Positions 27,001-36,426 of a stretch of 64,000 nt of DNA are shown here, piece after piece. This DNA is from a bacterium (GTDB lineage Bacteria > Zhuqueibacterota > Zhuqueibacteria > Residuimicrobiales > Residuimicrobiaceae). Position 1 is the stretch's first letter; the number at the start of each line of letters is the position of its first letter. Position numbers and translations under genes: made by a program. Under the pieces are notes generated by a model. That model was given only the letters and a program-made list of their open reading frames with translations. It was not told the origin of the DNA and made no database searches. Location: contig JAKQNR010000022.1 of NCBI GenBank assembly GCA_029565685.1, forward strand, positions 256,468 to 320,467, read 5' to 3'.

Positions 27001-29340
27001 ATGAGATCGCGCTTTCCCATCTTGCTGGTGATGCTGATCGCCGGCGTGCAGTCCATGGACAACAACCTGTTCGCGGCCGTTTTTATGCAGGAAAAGCGAA
27101 CGTTTTTTACTGTTTCGGATGGACTGCCAGCTGCAGGGGTGAACGATATTCTGGTTGCGACGGATGGATCGGTCTATGCTGCTACTGGGCAGGGATTGGC
27201 CTGGTATGATGGAAAGGCTTGGCGTACAGTGGAATCGACGCGCGGCCGGAGCGTGCATCGGCTTGCCGGTGATGGCGACCGCGTAATAGCCCTTATGGAC
27301 GAACCAGGCCGTTCTCTGTTGTTCATCGCTCGAGGACAGGTGCAGAATCGAAAAGTTTTGAACAGCTTGCCTGCTGATGCTGCGATTTCCGCCCTGGCAT
27401 GCCATAAACAGGTTTATCTGGCCGCCGGCGAAACCGTTTTTATTCTGGCTTCAGAGAAAACAAAGCCGCAGCCTTTGCCTCGGCCCGGCGGCGCCGTCAG
27501 GCAGATTGCAGTGGATTCTTCGGGATCCCTTTATGCAGCGGCTGACAACGGTTTATTCCGCTATTCTGCAACTGCAAAAGCCTGGTCCGTGTTATCTCCG
27601 CGACAGGGCAAAAAGAGCTGGTCGCTCCAGGATGTGCGCGGCGTGACCCTGGACCGATTAGGCCGTCTCTGGTTCGCCTCTCCCCAGGGAGTAGGCTGCA
27701 AGACCGCGAAGGGTTGGTCGCTTTACACAGGCCACGAAGGTTTGCCCTTTGATGATTTTACCACTTTGGCTTCTGGTCCAGACAGCTCGATATGGTTCGG
27801 CACAACCATGGGCGCGATCCGGTTTGATGGCCGCAATTGGGAATACCGTCAGGGCCTGCGCTGGCTCCCGAATGATCTAGTGAACGACATCGCGGTATCT
27901 CAATCAGGCGATGCCTGGCTGGCGACGAACCAGGGCATAGCTCGGATTTACCGTGAGCCCATGACTCTGGCGCAGAAAGCGGCCTGGTTCGAAGAAGAGA
28001 TCGATCGTTATCACCGGCGCACGCCCTACGAGTTTGTCCTGGAGGTGGCGGTGAAAAATCCGGGAGATAAAACGGAATTCGTCCAGTCCGACAGCGATAA
28101 CGACGGTCTGTGGACCAGCATGTATGGAGCCGGCGAATGTTTCGCCTATGCCGCCACTCGAGATCCCCTCGCCAAACGAAGAGCGGACAAAGCGTTTCAG
28201 GCCATGCGCTTTCTCGGCCAGGTGACCCAGGGCGGCACACATCCCGCGCCTCCCGGTTTTGTCTGTCGCACTGTTCTTCCCACCAGCGGGCCTGATCCCA
28301 ACATCGGTCGGTTGGAGGACGACCGTCGTAATCAGGCTAGTCGGGACCGGCTGTGGAAAGTGTTCGAACCACGCTGGCCCGTCAGCGCAGATGGAGAGTG
28401 GTACTGGAAAACAGATACCAGTTCCGATGAACTGGACGGCCACTATTTTCTCTACGGGCTCTATTACGATCTGGTGGCGGAAACAGAAGCGGAAAAGCGA
28501 CAGGTGCAGGAACAGGTGCGCGGGTTGACCGACCATCTGATCAAGCACGGATGCAAGTTGATCGATCATGACGGCCAGCCCACGCGATGGGCGCGCTATG
28601 ATCCGGCGGAACTTAATTTCGATCCACGCTGGTTCATTGAACGAGGGCTCAACTCCCTGAGCATGCTCTCCTACCTGGCTACCACCGCTCACATCACCGG
28701 CGATGCTAAATACCGGATCGTGGCTGATTCGTTGATCAAACGGCACGGATACCTGCAGAATTTGATGAATATGAAAGTTCAGCGCGGCATCGGTACCGGC
28801 AATCAATCCGACGATGAAATGGCTTTTATGTGCTACTACAATCTCATCAAATATGAACCGGATCCACTGCGGCGTTCGCAATATGCCGCCTCTTTTTGGC
28901 TGACCTGGCGGCTCGAGGCGCCGGAGATGAATCCGCTGTTCAATTTCTTGATGGCTGCCTCCTGCAACGGCGTTCGTTACGCCGATCAGTGGGGCACGCA
29001 TGCGCTGGACGCCACCGGCGATTGGTTGGAGGATGGGGTGGAGACGTTAAAGCGTTTTCCGCTCGATCGTTTTGACTGGCGCCACGACAACAGCCGGCGC
29101 ATCGATCTGATCCGTCTGTCGGAGTTAGGCGCCTGTTTTGATGAAAATCCGCAAGACTTTCCTCGTCGCGGCTATCGGGTCAACGGCAAAGTCATTCCGG
29201 TGGATGAATGCCATTTCAATCATTGGAACCGGAATCCCTTTGAGCTCAAGACCGGCGGTTCCGGCCGCACGCTTTCCGATGGCGCGGTGTACCTGCTGCC
29301 GTATTATTCGGGTCTGTACTATGGATTCATCAAAGAATGA
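27001..29340 (+). CDS. Uncharacterised exported protein: regulator-type propeller plus acidic-motif helical catalytic-like domain
   Basis: GL....IWFGT propeller repeats; SDNDGLWT, WKTDTSSDE, GLNSL, DDEM, YLLPYY; paralog of 46318-48513. Confidence 0.6.
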   Translation: MRSRFPILLVMLIAGVQSMDNNLFAAVFMQEKRTFFTVSDGLPAAGVNDILVATDGSVYAATGQGLAWYDGKAWRTVESTRGRSVHRLAGDGDRVIALMDEPGRSLLFIARGQVQNRKVLNSLPADAAISALACHKQVYLAAGETVFILASEKTKPQPLPRPGGAVRQIAVDSSGSLYAAADNGLFRYSATAKAWSVLSPRQGKKSWSLQDVRGVTLDRLGRLWFASPQGVGCKTAKGWSLYTGHEGLPFDDFTTLASGPDSSIWFGTTMGAIRFDGRNWEYRQGLRWLPNDLVNDIAVSQSGDAWLATNQGIARIYREPMTLAQKAAWFEEEIDRYHRRTPYEFVLEVAVKNPGDKTEFVQSDSDNDGLWTSMYGAGECFAYAATRDPLAKRRADKAFQAMRFLGQVTQGGTHPAPPGFVCRTVLPTSGPDPNIGRLEDDRRNQASRDRLWKVFEPRWPVSADGEWYWKTDTSSDELDGHYFLYGLYYDLVAETEAEKRQVQEQVRGLTDHLIKHGCKLIDHDGQPTRWARYDPAELNFDPRWFIERGLNSLSMLSYLATTAHITGDAKYRIVADSLIKRHGYLQNLMNMKVQRGIGTGNQSDDEMAFMCYYNLIKYEPDPLRRSQYAASFWLTWRLEAPEMNPLFNFLMAASCNGVRYADQWGTHALDATGDWLEDGVETLKRFPLDRFDWRHDNSRRIDLIRLSELGACFDENPQDFPRRGYRVNGKVIPVDECHFNHWNRNPFELKTGGSGRTLSDGAVYLLPYYSGLYYGFIKE

Positions 29341-29414
29341 GCCGTTCAAACCACGTCGCAGGCAGCCGCGACCGGCAGCGCTCTGCTGTCGTCGATTCCG
29401 TCAGATCGCCTCGT

Positions 29415-30596
29415 CTATCGAACCAGTACGCTTTTGATCGTACGCTGCTGCGCGTTGCTGACCATGCGAATGAAATAAACGCCGCTGGGAACAGGATCGT
29501 TTGATTCATCTGTAGCGTGCCAGACCACGCTGTGGCTGCCGCCGGATTCCATGCCGGATTTAAGAAGAACCACCTGTCGGCCCTGCTGATTATAGACCGC
29601 CAAATGCACCTGGCTGGCCTGCGGCAGATAGTAGACGAGCTGGGTGGAGGCGTTGAACGGATTGGGAAAATTCTGTTCCAATTGCCATTGGTCCGGCCTG
29701 CCTGCCTGTTCAGCCACCGTTGTGGTCTGTTTGCTCAGTATATAGCCCTGAATGGGTTCTGCGGTGTCCGAACCCCACAGTGATTTTTTTCCGCCGTAGC
29801 CTAAAGCCAGAGCGCCTTCGGACAGCTCACCGCTGCCTTCCAGGGAGAACGAAATATCGATGACCCGTCCTGGTTGGATGACCGGTTCTCCATCGAATCG
29901 GTTGAAAAATCCCCACATGGGCGCTTTCATCTCCGCCTCGTGGCCGTCTGGAGAGACCGCTGCCTTGATAATGCCGTTTTCGTATGCCGGTCCGCGATCC
30001 GACACATAGGTAAAGGTTGAATCCGGAAACACCACCCACTGCAGGTAATCGTCATAGTTGCCTGGGGCCAGGCGAATGAGATGCTGGGCGAGCTCTGCAC
30101 GGCCTTGCGCCAGTTCCTGCTCTCCGATGAATGAATGCAGAATATAGTGGCCGGTATTGAAACTGCCGTTGTAAAACTCCACCTCCATGTTCATGTCGTA
30201 TCCGGTCGAGTTGGGCCAATAGTTGCCCTCCTGCAGAGGATAGCCGGTGGCGTCATCGTTGTCCACATCGATGGTGATGATAAAATAAAAGCGTCCGTCG
30301 CGGACGCCCTCGGCGGTCTTAACCGACGTGCGGCCGATGACGCCGCGCGATTTAACGTATCCATAAAGAGCTGTATCATCATGGGTGAATTTGACCTGCA
30401 GGATGTCCACGTCGCTGTACTGACGGGACACCGGCGCCGGCAGACGGCCATACCAATCGGTGTCATGTTCGTCGTTAGCCGGATCGTCCACATAGGTTGT
30501 CACCGCTAGCCAATCATCAAAAAGTCCGTCGATGGCGATGGGTGTTTGACTGTAAACCATGAACGGCAGTATCAGTCCTATCAGATAACGCAGCAA
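29415..30596 (-). CDS. Secreted DOMON/CBM9-like protein with FlgD/T9SS CTD
   Basis: Probable TTG start at 30596 (SD AAGGAG, 6 nt spacing) giving a signal peptide; IDGLFDDW, DILQVKFTHD..LY, IDVDNDDATGY; CTD QNFPNPFN...SGVYFIRM. Confidence 0.7.
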   Translation of the reverse strand: MLRYLIGLILPFMVYSQTPIAIDGLFDDWLAVTTYVDDPANDEHDTDWYGRLPAPVSRQYSDVDILQVKFTHDDTALYGYVKSRGVIGRTSVKTAEGVRDGRFYFIITIDVDNDDATGYPLQEGNYWPNSTGYDMNMEVEFYNGSFNTGHYILHSFIGEQELAQGRAELAQHLIRLAPGNYDDYLQWVVFPDSTFTYVSDRGPAYENGIIKAAVSPDGHEAEMKAPMWGFFNRFDGEPVIQPGRVIDISFSLEGSGELSEGALALGYGGKKSLWGSDTAEPIQGYILSKQTTTVAEQAGRPDQWQLEQNFPNPFNASTQLVYYLPQASQVHLAVYNQQGRQVVLLKSGMESGGSHSVVWHATDESNDPVPSGVYFIRMVSNAQQRTIKSVLVR

Positions 30597-30767
30597 AATA
30601 GTCTCCTTTCGCCGCCGTACGAGAGAACGCGGAACAGTTTGAGATTCCTTGCCCATTCTTCTCGGATGCGGGATTTGATTTATCTCTTTGGCAATAATGA
30701 TATTCTTTGTTATATTCTGACGTTCGCCAGATCAATTGAATTTTTTATTAGTATGAAAGGTCCTATC

Positions 30768-31640
30768 ATGAAAAACATCCGTCTTCTCTGTTTGGGGATG
30801 GTTTTGATGCTTGCCGGTTGTCACACCGCCGGCCGTTCACTGCATCAATTTAAGGCGCCGGCTTACCGCATAGCCAAACCCTGGCGGGGCGAGCGTTTTG
30901 CCAATGATAAAAAGTCCTTTCAATTCGTCATTATCGCAGACCGGACCGGCGGCAACCGGCCTGGTGTGTTTGAAGAAACCATTCACAAAATCAACCGGCT
31001 GCAGCCGGAATTTGTCCTGTCGGTCGGCGATTATATCGAGGGTAAAACAGAGGATGATTCAGTGCTGCGCGCAGAGTGGGAGGATTTTTTCAAAGCCATT
31101 GAACCGCTGCAAATGCCTTTTTTCTGCTTGCCGGGCAACCACGACATCAGCAACCCATTCATGCGCCAAGCCTATATCGATCGAATGGGCATGACCTATT
31201 ATCATTTCGTCTACGGCAACGTCCTGTTCCTCTGCCTGAATACCGAAGACCCGCCGCCGACACATATCAGTGAGGCGCAGATCCAATATATGGAAAAAGC
31301 TTTGCGGGACAACCAAAAGGCAAGCTGGACCATGGTTTTACTGCACAAACCGATGTGGAAATACAAGGACACTGCGGGATATGATAAAATCGAGGCCTTG
31401 CTCGCCGGCCGGCGGCACACGGTGATCGCCGCCCACGAACATCGCTACCAGAAAGAAACGCGCCGGGGAGTCGACCATTATGTCCTGGCCACCACCGGCG
31501 GCAGCAGCGCGCTGCGCGGCGCCGCTTTCGGCGAGCTGGATCACATCGTCTGGGTCACCATGACCGAGCAGGGTCCGGTGCTCGCCAACCTGGCGGTTGA
31601 AGGCATCTATGGCGATCATTTCGCTGATCAGACGCCCTGA
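30768..31640 (+). CDS. Calcineurin-like metallophosphoesterase lipoprotein
   Basis: Start moved to MKNIRLL..LAGC (lipobox); IADRT, VGDY, PGNHD, LHKP, AHEH motifs. Confidence 0.85.
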   Translation: MKNIRLLCLGMVLMLAGCHTAGRSLHQFKAPAYRIAKPWRGERFANDKKSFQFVIIADRTGGNRPGVFEETIHKINRLQPEFVLSVGDYIEGKTEDDSVLRAEWEDFFKAIEPLQMPFFCLPGNHDISNPFMRQAYIDRMGMTYYHFVYGNVLFLCLNTEDPPPTHISEAQIQYMEKALRDNQKASWTMVLLHKPMWKYKDTAGYDKIEALLAGRRHTVIAAHEHRYQKETRRGVDHYVLATTGGSSALRGAAFGELDHIVWVTMTEQGPVLANLAVEGIYGDHFADQTP

Positions 31641-31700
31641 GCGCATGCATTCTTGCTCTAGTCGTTCCAGGCTGCGAAAAAACAGCGCCTGACCGCCGGA

Positions 31701-33179
31701 TCACTCTGAACGGGTCTGCATCGGAACGGATTTCCCTGTCTTTTTGTTCTGTTCCTCCTTGCGGCGGCCTGCTTCTTTTAATGCGCGGCCGAAATTTTTA
31801 TCCATATAGCGGAAATGATACTTCTTTATCAGCAGCTCTTCAAAGCGTGCTTTACCTGCCCGTTCAAATTCGAAATATTTTTGCCCGAGTATCTTTCTTA
31901 TCTCTTCCGGCTTTTCCTGTTGCACCAGAGTCTGCCGCAACGAGTCCGTGCGGGCGGCTGCCGGCTCTTTTACGGCGTGCTGCAAAAGACGGCTTCTCAA
32001 TACAGATTCTTTGAACGAATGGATCTGCTGGACGATTTCCGGGTCGTTCTGCATACCGGACTCCAGGCCATGCTGCCCCAGCAGGTGCTGTTCGCTGAGA
32101 GCCGTGAACCGCTCCTTGAAATCGAGCAGGGTTTGAGGTTCGCGCTTGCGGTTTTCAAACACTTCTTCGGCACGAATAACTCCGCCGTCGTACCGGGCCA
32201 GCACCTGAGACAGATCCTGCTCACTGAGAGCGGAAAAATCCACCACCTGATAGTCTGAGGCGTTGTCCTTGACGCCCACTTTATCCCATATAACCTTTTG
32301 GCTGGCCGGGTAAAACTGGTAATGATATTTTTCCGCCAGCTCTGCAAAGCGTCGCTCAACCTGCTGCCGGATAAGGTGTTTGCGCGTGCGAAAGAGTGTT
32401 TGCCAGATCCGGTCTTTGACCGCCTCAAAGGCGGGCACCGGCACCACCCGTTTTTCGCCCTTGTAAAGAATGTACCAACCTTCGTAACCCCGAAACGGCT
32501 TGGAATAGGTAAACTCTTTCAGCGTGTCCATCACTGCGCGCAAAGCCGCGTCGCCCAGGGATTCCCGGATGACAAAGCCGAGGTCGCCGCCTTTGCGATT
32601 GGTGGTGATGTCCTGAGAATAGCGGTTCGCCAGATCTTCAAATTTTGCGCCCGTATTCAACAGCCGATAGACGGCCTCGATGGTGTCCTTTTGCGAGCGG
32701 GCAAAGGCCGGTGGGGTGGATTTCACCACCGGACGGATGATGTAGCGCATGGCGTATTGAGGCGAATAGTTTGCATAAAACAACCTGATCAGGCTGTCCG
32801 TGACCACCCGGCTGATGATCTCCTGACGCATATATTTGTAGAAAACGGCCTTGCGTTCCTGGTTTCTGATCATGGCCTGAAAAACGGAATCCTCCGCCAA
32901 ACCACGCGCTTGGGCTTCCATCACTAGTATTTTATCCAAGGCTTTTTGCCGCACGATCTCGCGAAAAAGTTCTTCACTGGGCAGCGCCTTGGGCTTGTAT
33001 TGGGTGCTGAGAAGGTAATGATCGATCGCTTCGGCTTCAACAACGGAACCGTTGTCAAAGGCAGCCAGAACAGATTGCGGCGACGGCCGGTCACAGTGAA
33101 GTAAAGAGCCGAGGCAGAGCACAACGGCCGAAAGCATGAGGGCGTACGATCGCAACAGACGGTGCAAATTTTTACGCAT
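31701..33179 (-). CDS. Parvulin-type (PpiC) PPIase / SurA-PrsA-like chaperone
   Basis: GAKFEDLANRYSQD...GGDLGF...SKPFRGYEGWYIL; N-terminal signal ending in Cys. Confidence 0.8.
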   Translation of the reverse strand: MRKNLHRLLRSYALMLSAVVLCLGSLLHCDRPSPQSVLAAFDNGSVVEAEAIDHYLLSTQYKPKALPSEELFREIVRQKALDKILVMEAQARGLAEDSVFQAMIRNQERKAVFYKYMRQEIISRVVTDSLIRLFYANYSPQYAMRYIIRPVVKSTPPAFARSQKDTIEAVYRLLNTGAKFEDLANRYSQDITTNRKGGDLGFVIRESLGDAALRAVMDTLKEFTYSKPFRGYEGWYILYKGEKRVVPVPAFEAVKDRIWQTLFRTRKHLIRQQVERRFAELAEKYHYQFYPASQKVIWDKVGVKDNASDYQVVDFSALSEQDLSQVLARYDGGVIRAEEVFENRKREPQTLLDFKERFTALSEQHLLGQHGLESGMQNDPEIVQQIHSFKESVLRSRLLQHAVKEPAAARTDSLRQTLVQQEKPEEIRKILGQKYFEFERAGKARFEELLIKKYHFRYMDKNFGRALKEAGRRKEEQNKKTGKSVPMQTRSE

Positions 33180-33206
33180 GAATTCCTTCCCTGGAATGCG
33201 ATGATG

Positions 33207-33242
33207 AAAAAAATGGGATTGCCCCGAAAGGCAATCCCATTT
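33207..33242 (-). terminator. Rho-independent terminator after the triple-repeat cargo gene
   Basis: 13-bp stem AAATGGGATTGCC / GGCAATCCCATTT with a T-run on the minus strand. Confidence 0.85.
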
Positions 33243-33258
33243 AGTGTGAAACCTTTCC

Positions 33259-36219
33259 TTATTTAAGCAGGAGCATACTCTTGACCAAGACGGTGGAGCC
33301 GGAGTTCAGTCTGTAAAAATAAATTCCACTGGACAGCGGCACACCGGCGTCACTCATGCCGTTCCAGCGGACGCTGTGCCGGCCTGAGGACATTCTGGCA
33401 TCCACCAGCGTGCGCACCTTTTGCCCCAGCATATTATAGATGCTGACAGTCACGTCAGCCGCATAAGGGACGGTGAACTCGATGGTGGTTTCCGGATTGA
33501 AGGGGTTCGGGTAATTCTTTTCCAGGATGAACTCTTTGGGCAGGCTGGTCGTTTTTTCCGCCGCGATTCCTGTTGTAAAAGTGAGCACTCCACGCGGCGT
33601 CAAATCCACGCCCCAGTCATCCAGCGGCGTTTCCGTTCGCACGGCAATACCGATCTCGTCGCCGGGCTGCAGCACCTCCAAACCTTTATTCTTCCAGTAT
33701 TGTTGGATCGGCGCAATGGGATGGGCGATCTCGAGAAAATCATAGCCCCAGGCATGCGCATTCCAGTAGAGTTGATCGCTAACCAACGTCGAATCGTCGC
33801 TGGCTATGATCGGAAGCAATCCCACATGTTTGAGCGCAATGCTCGAGTCCGGACCCAGAAATCCCGATTCATAGATGGTGTAATCCGCTCCGGCATCGGT
33901 CTCGCTGACCACTTCAGAGACGTCAAAGGACGAGTAGCCCATCTCTTTGATGCCCGAGTTGTTGACGCCGCCCATATCATTATGGGGCGGCGTAAAATAA
34001 CCGACACAGCCCCATTCAACATAGGTGTCTGCGCCGATCTTGTCCTGGTTGGGCAGTCCTTGGCTGGCCAGATAGCCGACCGGAGTGTAGTGCGCTTCGT
34101 AATAATGGCTGTTCGCTCCGGTGGTGACGTTGTTATCCAGATCCAGCAGCAGATCATAATAGCCGCGCGACCGGTTGATCGGCACGCCGTTCAATTCGCG
34201 TTGATCAGCCATGTTGGGCCAGGCGGGTCCGCCATACAAACGCATGAACCAGTACAGCATTCCCTCCTCGTGGTTGATGAATGCTTTCACCTCTTTGACA
34301 TCTACCCGGTCGCTCACCGCGGCGCCGACCTCTGAGGGAAAATACCCGTCGACATTGTCGACGGATTCGATCAGCACAGGATAGGCCTGCCAATCGCTGT
34401 CATCACCGTCGAACTGAATGCTGGAGGGCCTGTTGGTCCCGGTAGTGACGATCAGCTCTCCGCGCGGCGTCAGATCCACACCCCAATCATCCATGGGCGT
34501 TTCTGTCCGCACCGCGATGCCGATCACATCGCCGGTTTTGAAATAGTCGGCGCTCTTTTTATTTCTCCAATACTCCTTGATGGCGCTGAGGGATTGTCCC
34601 ATTTCCAGAAAATCATGGCCCCAGGCATGCGCGTTGAAATAAACTCGGTCGTCAACCAGAGTGGCGTCGTCGCTGCCCATGGAGGGGAGCAGGCCGTCGT
34701 GTTTGAACGCCTTGGCCGAATCGGGATCCGTGATCCCTGTTTCGTAAATGGTATAATCAGCGCCGGCGTCGGTCTCGCTCACCACTTCGGAGACGTCATA
34801 AGCGGAATAGCCGATCTCTTTGATGCCCGAATTATTGACCCCGCCCATGTCCGTGTGCGGAGGCGTGAAATAACCCACGCAGCCCCATTCGAGGTAAGAA
34901 TCCGCGCCGATTTTTCCCTGATCCGCGATGCCCTGGCTGGCCAGATAGCCGACCGGGGTGTAGTGGGCTTCATAGTAATGGCTGTTGGCGCCGGTGGTGA
35001 CGTCATTGTCCAGATCCAGCAGCAGGTCATAGTAACCGCGGGAACGGTTGATTGGCACGCCGTTCAGTTCGCGTTGATCCGCCACATTGGGCCAGGCCGG
35101 GCCGCCCCAGAGTCGCATAAACCAATAGATCGCATCCTCTGAGAGGTTGATGAAAGCCTTCACCTCTTTGACGTCCACATTGTCGGTGACCGCTGCGCCC
35201 ACTTCGGACGGGAAAAATCCGTCGACGTTGTCCACCGATTGCACCAGAACCGGCAGAGCCGCCCAATCCGAATCATCGCCGTCAAAGGTGATGCTGCTGG
35301 GACGCACGGGGATTTCCGGGCAGAGCATTTGTCCGCGCGGCGTCAGGTCGACGCCCCAATCGTCCATGGGGGTTTCGGTGCGCACTGCAATGCCGATGAC
35401 GTCGCCGGGGTTCAGTACATGCCTGCCTTTGTTCTTCCAATAGTGCTGAACCGTCGTCAACTCGATGCCCATTTCGAGAAAATCATTTCCCCACGCATGG
35501 CCCATCCAATACGATTTGCCGTTCATCAAACTGGCGTCGTCGCTTCCTTCCACCGGCAGCGTTCCTGACCAGGCGAACGCTTTGGCGGAATCAGGTTTGG
35601 CGATACCGGATTCAAATATCGTATAATCGGCGCCGGCGTCGGTTTCACTGACTACTTCGGAGACATCATAAGCGGAATAGCCGATCTCTTTGATGCCCGA
35701 ATTGTTTACTCCGCCCATGTCGGTGTGAGGAGGAGTAAAGTAGCCGACGCAGCCCCACTCCAGATACGAATCCGCACCGATTTTATCCTGGTTGGCGATG
35801 CCCTGGCTGGCCAGATAACCGACCGGCGTGAAATGCGCCTCATAATAGTGGCTGTTGGCGCCTGTGGTGACATCGTTGTCCAGATCCATGAGCAGATCAT
35901 AATAGCCGCGGGAGCGGTTGATCGGCACGCCGTTCAACTCACGCTGGTCCGCCATGTTGGGCCAGGCGGGACCGCCGTAAAACCTCATGAAAAAGTAACA
36001 GACATTGCCGACAATTTTAGCTTTGACCTCTTTGACATCCACATTGTCCGTCACTGCGGCGCCGACTTCAGACGGGAAAAATCCGTCGACGTTGTCGACC
36101 GATTCGATCAAAAGCGGTTCGGCCAGCCAGTCTTCATCGCTTCCGTCAAGGAAAATCTGCGCCAGGGCGGGACTTGCGATCAAAGCCACACAAAACAGTA
36201 GCCACCAAGCGTTTCTCAT
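33259..36219 (-). CDS. Secreted protein with three tandem ~290-aa DOMON-like repeats and FlgD/T9SS CTD
   Basis: Signal peptide; three copies of DGxDxDW...VDNVDGFFPSEVGAAV..DVKEVKA...DLDNxVTTGANSHYYEAH...DDWGVDLTPRG; CTD NYPNPFNP; SD AGGAGG. Confidence 0.8.
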   Translation of the reverse strand: MRNAWWLLFCVALIASPALAQIFLDGSDEDWLAEPLLIESVDNVDGFFPSEVGAAVTDNVDVKEVKAKIVGNVCYFFMRFYGGPAWPNMADQRELNGVPINRSRGYYDLLMDLDNDVTTGANSHYYEAHFTPVGYLASQGIANQDKIGADSYLEWGCVGYFTPPHTDMGGVNNSGIKEIGYSAYDVSEVVSETDAGADYTIFESGIAKPDSAKAFAWSGTLPVEGSDDASLMNGKSYWMGHAWGNDFLEMGIELTTVQHYWKNKGRHVLNPGDVIGIAVRTETPMDDWGVDLTPRGQMLCPEIPVRPSSITFDGDDSDWAALPVLVQSVDNVDGFFPSEVGAAVTDNVDVKEVKAFINLSEDAIYWFMRLWGGPAWPNVADQRELNGVPINRSRGYYDLLLDLDNDVTTGANSHYYEAHYTPVGYLASQGIADQGKIGADSYLEWGCVGYFTPPHTDMGGVNNSGIKEIGYSAYDVSEVVSETDAGADYTIYETGITDPDSAKAFKHDGLLPSMGSDDATLVDDRVYFNAHAWGHDFLEMGQSLSAIKEYWRNKKSADYFKTGDVIGIAVRTETPMDDWGVDLTPRGELIVTTGTNRPSSIQFDGDDSDWQAYPVLIESVDNVDGYFPSEVGAAVSDRVDVKEVKAFINHEEGMLYWFMRLYGGPAWPNMADQRELNGVPINRSRGYYDLLLDLDNNVTTGANSHYYEAHYTPVGYLASQGLPNQDKIGADTYVEWGCVGYFTPPHNDMGGVNNSGIKEMGYSSFDVSEVVSETDAGADYTIYESGFLGPDSSIALKHVGLLPIIASDDSTLVSDQLYWNAHAWGYDFLEIAHPIAPIQQYWKNKGLEVLQPGDEIGIAVRTETPLDDWGVDLTPRGVLTFTTGIAAEKTTSLPKEFILEKNYPNPFNPETTIEFTVPYAADVTVSIYNMLGQKVRTLVDARMSSGRHSVRWNGMSDAGVPLSSGIYFYRLNSGSTVLVKSMLLLK
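33575..36156 (-). repeat. Intragenic triple tandem repeat, unit about 870 bp
   Basis: Units start near 36156, 35292 and 34419 (boundaries approximate); long identical peptide blocks with synonymous DNA differences. Confidence 0.9.
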
Positions 36220-36280
36220 ACGCTCCTCCTAAAAAGGTTAATACTGCAGAGTGGATTGATGATAGAGCCGAGTCCGCGTT

Positions 36281-36290
36281 CACCTCCTTT
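36281..36290 (-). promoter_or_regulatory. Orphan Shine-Dalgarno motif (AAAGGAGGTG) in the leader of the cargo gene
   Basis: CACCTCCTTT about 60 nt upstream of the start; no ATG/GTG/TTG follows at usable spacing; the gene has its own AGGAGG. Confidence 0.5.
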
Positions 36291-36426
36291 CATGCGGGTT
36301 ACGTAGCTGTTCGGCTGCTTCACGGTAGGATGTTTGCTTTTACTGATTCTGACTGAGCTGAACCGCCGAATCCTGCGCTTCAGCGGCAAAACGTCTCCTC
36401 CGATCTAGTCTGCGGCGTCCTTCGGT

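Noticed and set aside
30546-30767. Apparent head-to-head overlap of the 413-aa and 364-aa ORFs
   Set aside because: Artefact of longest-ORF calling; starts at 30596 (-) and 30768 (+) give signal peptides and an AT-rich spacer.
33575-36156. Triple repeat as assembly artefact, CRISPR array or DGR template/variable pair
   Set aside because: In-frame, mostly synonymous differences not confined to adenines; no spacers, reverse transcriptase or cas genes in the window.
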